From Utricularia gibba (taxonomy: Eukaryota > Plantae > Magnoliophyta), in the NCBI GenBank assembly GCA_002189035.1, contig NEEC01000010.1:1860001-1924000 (forward strand): 64,000 nt of DNA, given 5' to 3'. The translations under genes and the position numbers were made by a program. The notes below the pieces were generated by a model. That model saw nothing but the letters and a program-made list of their open reading frames with translations, was not told the DNA's origin and did not search any database. Of this stretch, positions 62,701 through 64,000 are shown one piece after another (the first letter of the stretch is position 1; each line of letters starts with the position of its first letter).

Positions 62701-63693
62701 GCCACCTCCAGTGAAGAATCCGCAGGATCAATTTCTCTTAGTGAAGTTAGAGGAGGCATCTTTTTACCTTCTTCCAAGTTATTTGACATCAACCATAGGT
62801 GTGGGTTCATGCCCAAGATGCTATAAAACCCATCTGAAATTCTGTCAATATACGACAAACAACCATTCACCTGTTCCAACAACATATCAGGACACAAATG
62901 ATAATCAATTTGAATAAAAAAAAAATCAAATTTCAACAAGGGCGAAATCTCATACCCAGAAATGATACGAGACAGTATCAGCATCAGAGGATCCATCATC
63001 CACTGAACAGACCACATTTCCATCTTTCACCATATGAAGGGGCTCTGAAGCAAGAGTTGCCTCTTCTGTTATCTTTTTGGCAAGCATTATCTGTAAACAG
63101 TATTTCTCAGTGAATCTACCTATCTCATCATCTGGTTTAGGCTCACTCCTCTTGTCCCCTACCACCGCCGCAGTTGAAATCTTTATAAAATCAGTAAAAG
63201 ATGATGAAAAGTTCCGGTCAGCTGTTGAATCAGAAAAAAAGCTCTCTCCGTAGCTCGTGCTTCCCCCACTCGACAGCATCCCCAAAGGAACCTGGCCTTC
63301 AAAGCCCCTTTTTGGTGACTGATCGAGGATGACTTCACTTGCATTACTCGATGGATGGAGCAGAGAATCCTCCCACGTCTTACTACCTTCATCTCCAGCG
63401 TCGAACAATCGAATATTGCCAGGAGCACTATCGGCCGGAGACTTTTCTTTTTGGTATCTGGAAACCCTCTTCGAAAAGTTACTCAACCTTTTCTGGTGAA
63501 TCCTGTCACCCGTGAACTCACGAGAAATATCACCACCACGAGTCGTTGCAAATCCTCCTCTATTGATTTGACGCTCAACATCCACCGCCTTTACGTCGTG
63601 GAGCAGAAATTTTTCCTCGTGATCTTCAACCGATTCCTTGAACTTGTGGTCCGAAAAATTTCTCGGGAAAAAGTAGGTGGCTTTATGCGGCAT
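59769..63693 (-). CDS. Raf-like MAPKKK, B3 group (EDR1/CTR1 N-terminal domain plus kinase), CTR1-like / At4g24480-like
   Basis: 15 exons (63693-62956, 62870-62572, 62500-62356, 62235-62120, 61960-61758, 61468-61286, 61200-61160, 61050-60982, ... last 59866-59769). [12 protein letters not shown]-terminus; EDR1 domain [59 protein letters not shown]; kinase [63 protein letters not shown]. Confidence 0.95.
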
Positions 63694-64000
63694 CCTTTGT
63701 TCACGCACTACACGCAACGCGAAGTTTACCCAATCAGGTTGCCGTTGTTCAAGGTCTAAGCACTCTCAAAGAACGCCTCCACCACCTCACGGAGACGCCG
63801 GGAAATACAAGTCCAGAATAAATTTCCGACTTTCCGAAGAAGCTCCAAAGCTCTCCAAAACCCAGATCAATTCACCGACCGAAACACTGATTGCTCATTC
63901 CAATAAAAGACATGGAGGAACCCACTTGTGCAAACACACCCATTACTCCAAATCTCACAAAAGCAATCGACTCTTAAAAGATAAGGTTTTTATCCAAAAA

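Noticed and set aside
63355-63759. 134-aa plus-strand ORF
   Set aside because: Antisense shadow of exon 1 of the Raf-like kinase.
1-64000. CRISPR arrays, operons, rRNA genes or prokaryotic defence systems
   Set aside because: The DNA is eukaryotic and intron-rich; I saw no regularly spaced repeat-spacer units, Shine-Dalgarno-linked operons or rRNA sequence.

Overview
Gene-dense nuclear DNA from a eudicot plant: AT-rich intergenic DNA, spliceosomal introns mostly 60-110 nt, and no prokaryotic features. I assembled the gene models by hand from GT/GC-AG junctions and protein motifs, because the supplied ORF track ignores splicing and uses TTG/GTG starts. In order, the window holds: the 3' end of an RBR (RING-IBR-RING) E3 ligase; an inositol-tetrakisphosphate 1-kinase (ITPK); a DUF1005 protein; ERG28; a degenerate EPFL2-like peptide gene; a DUF676 lipase/serine esterase; an uncharacterised membrane protein; the CGR2/3 pectin methyltransferase; the CSLC12-like xyloglucan glucan synthase; a bHLH74-like factor; a GRF1/2-like factor with its miR396 site; PRP40A; ERGIC3; a PL4 rhamnogalacturonan lyase; a mitochondrial P-class PPR protein; and a B3-group Raf-like (CTR1-like) kinase. 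MITE-like repeats lie between the genes. The strongest unexpected signal is four otherwise intact genes (CSLC, GRF, PRP40A, PPR) each broken by a 1-bp deletion in a short homopolymer, most likely long-read consensus errors. Other leads are a GC-AG intron and a decayed junction-spanning miR396 proto-site in bHLH74, an EPFL that has lost a conserved Cys, a cassette exon that could switch an N-terminus, and several candidate spliced microprotein or lncRNA loci. I found no convincing previously undescribed multi-gene system. Arabidopsis orthologue names are from memory, not from a database search.
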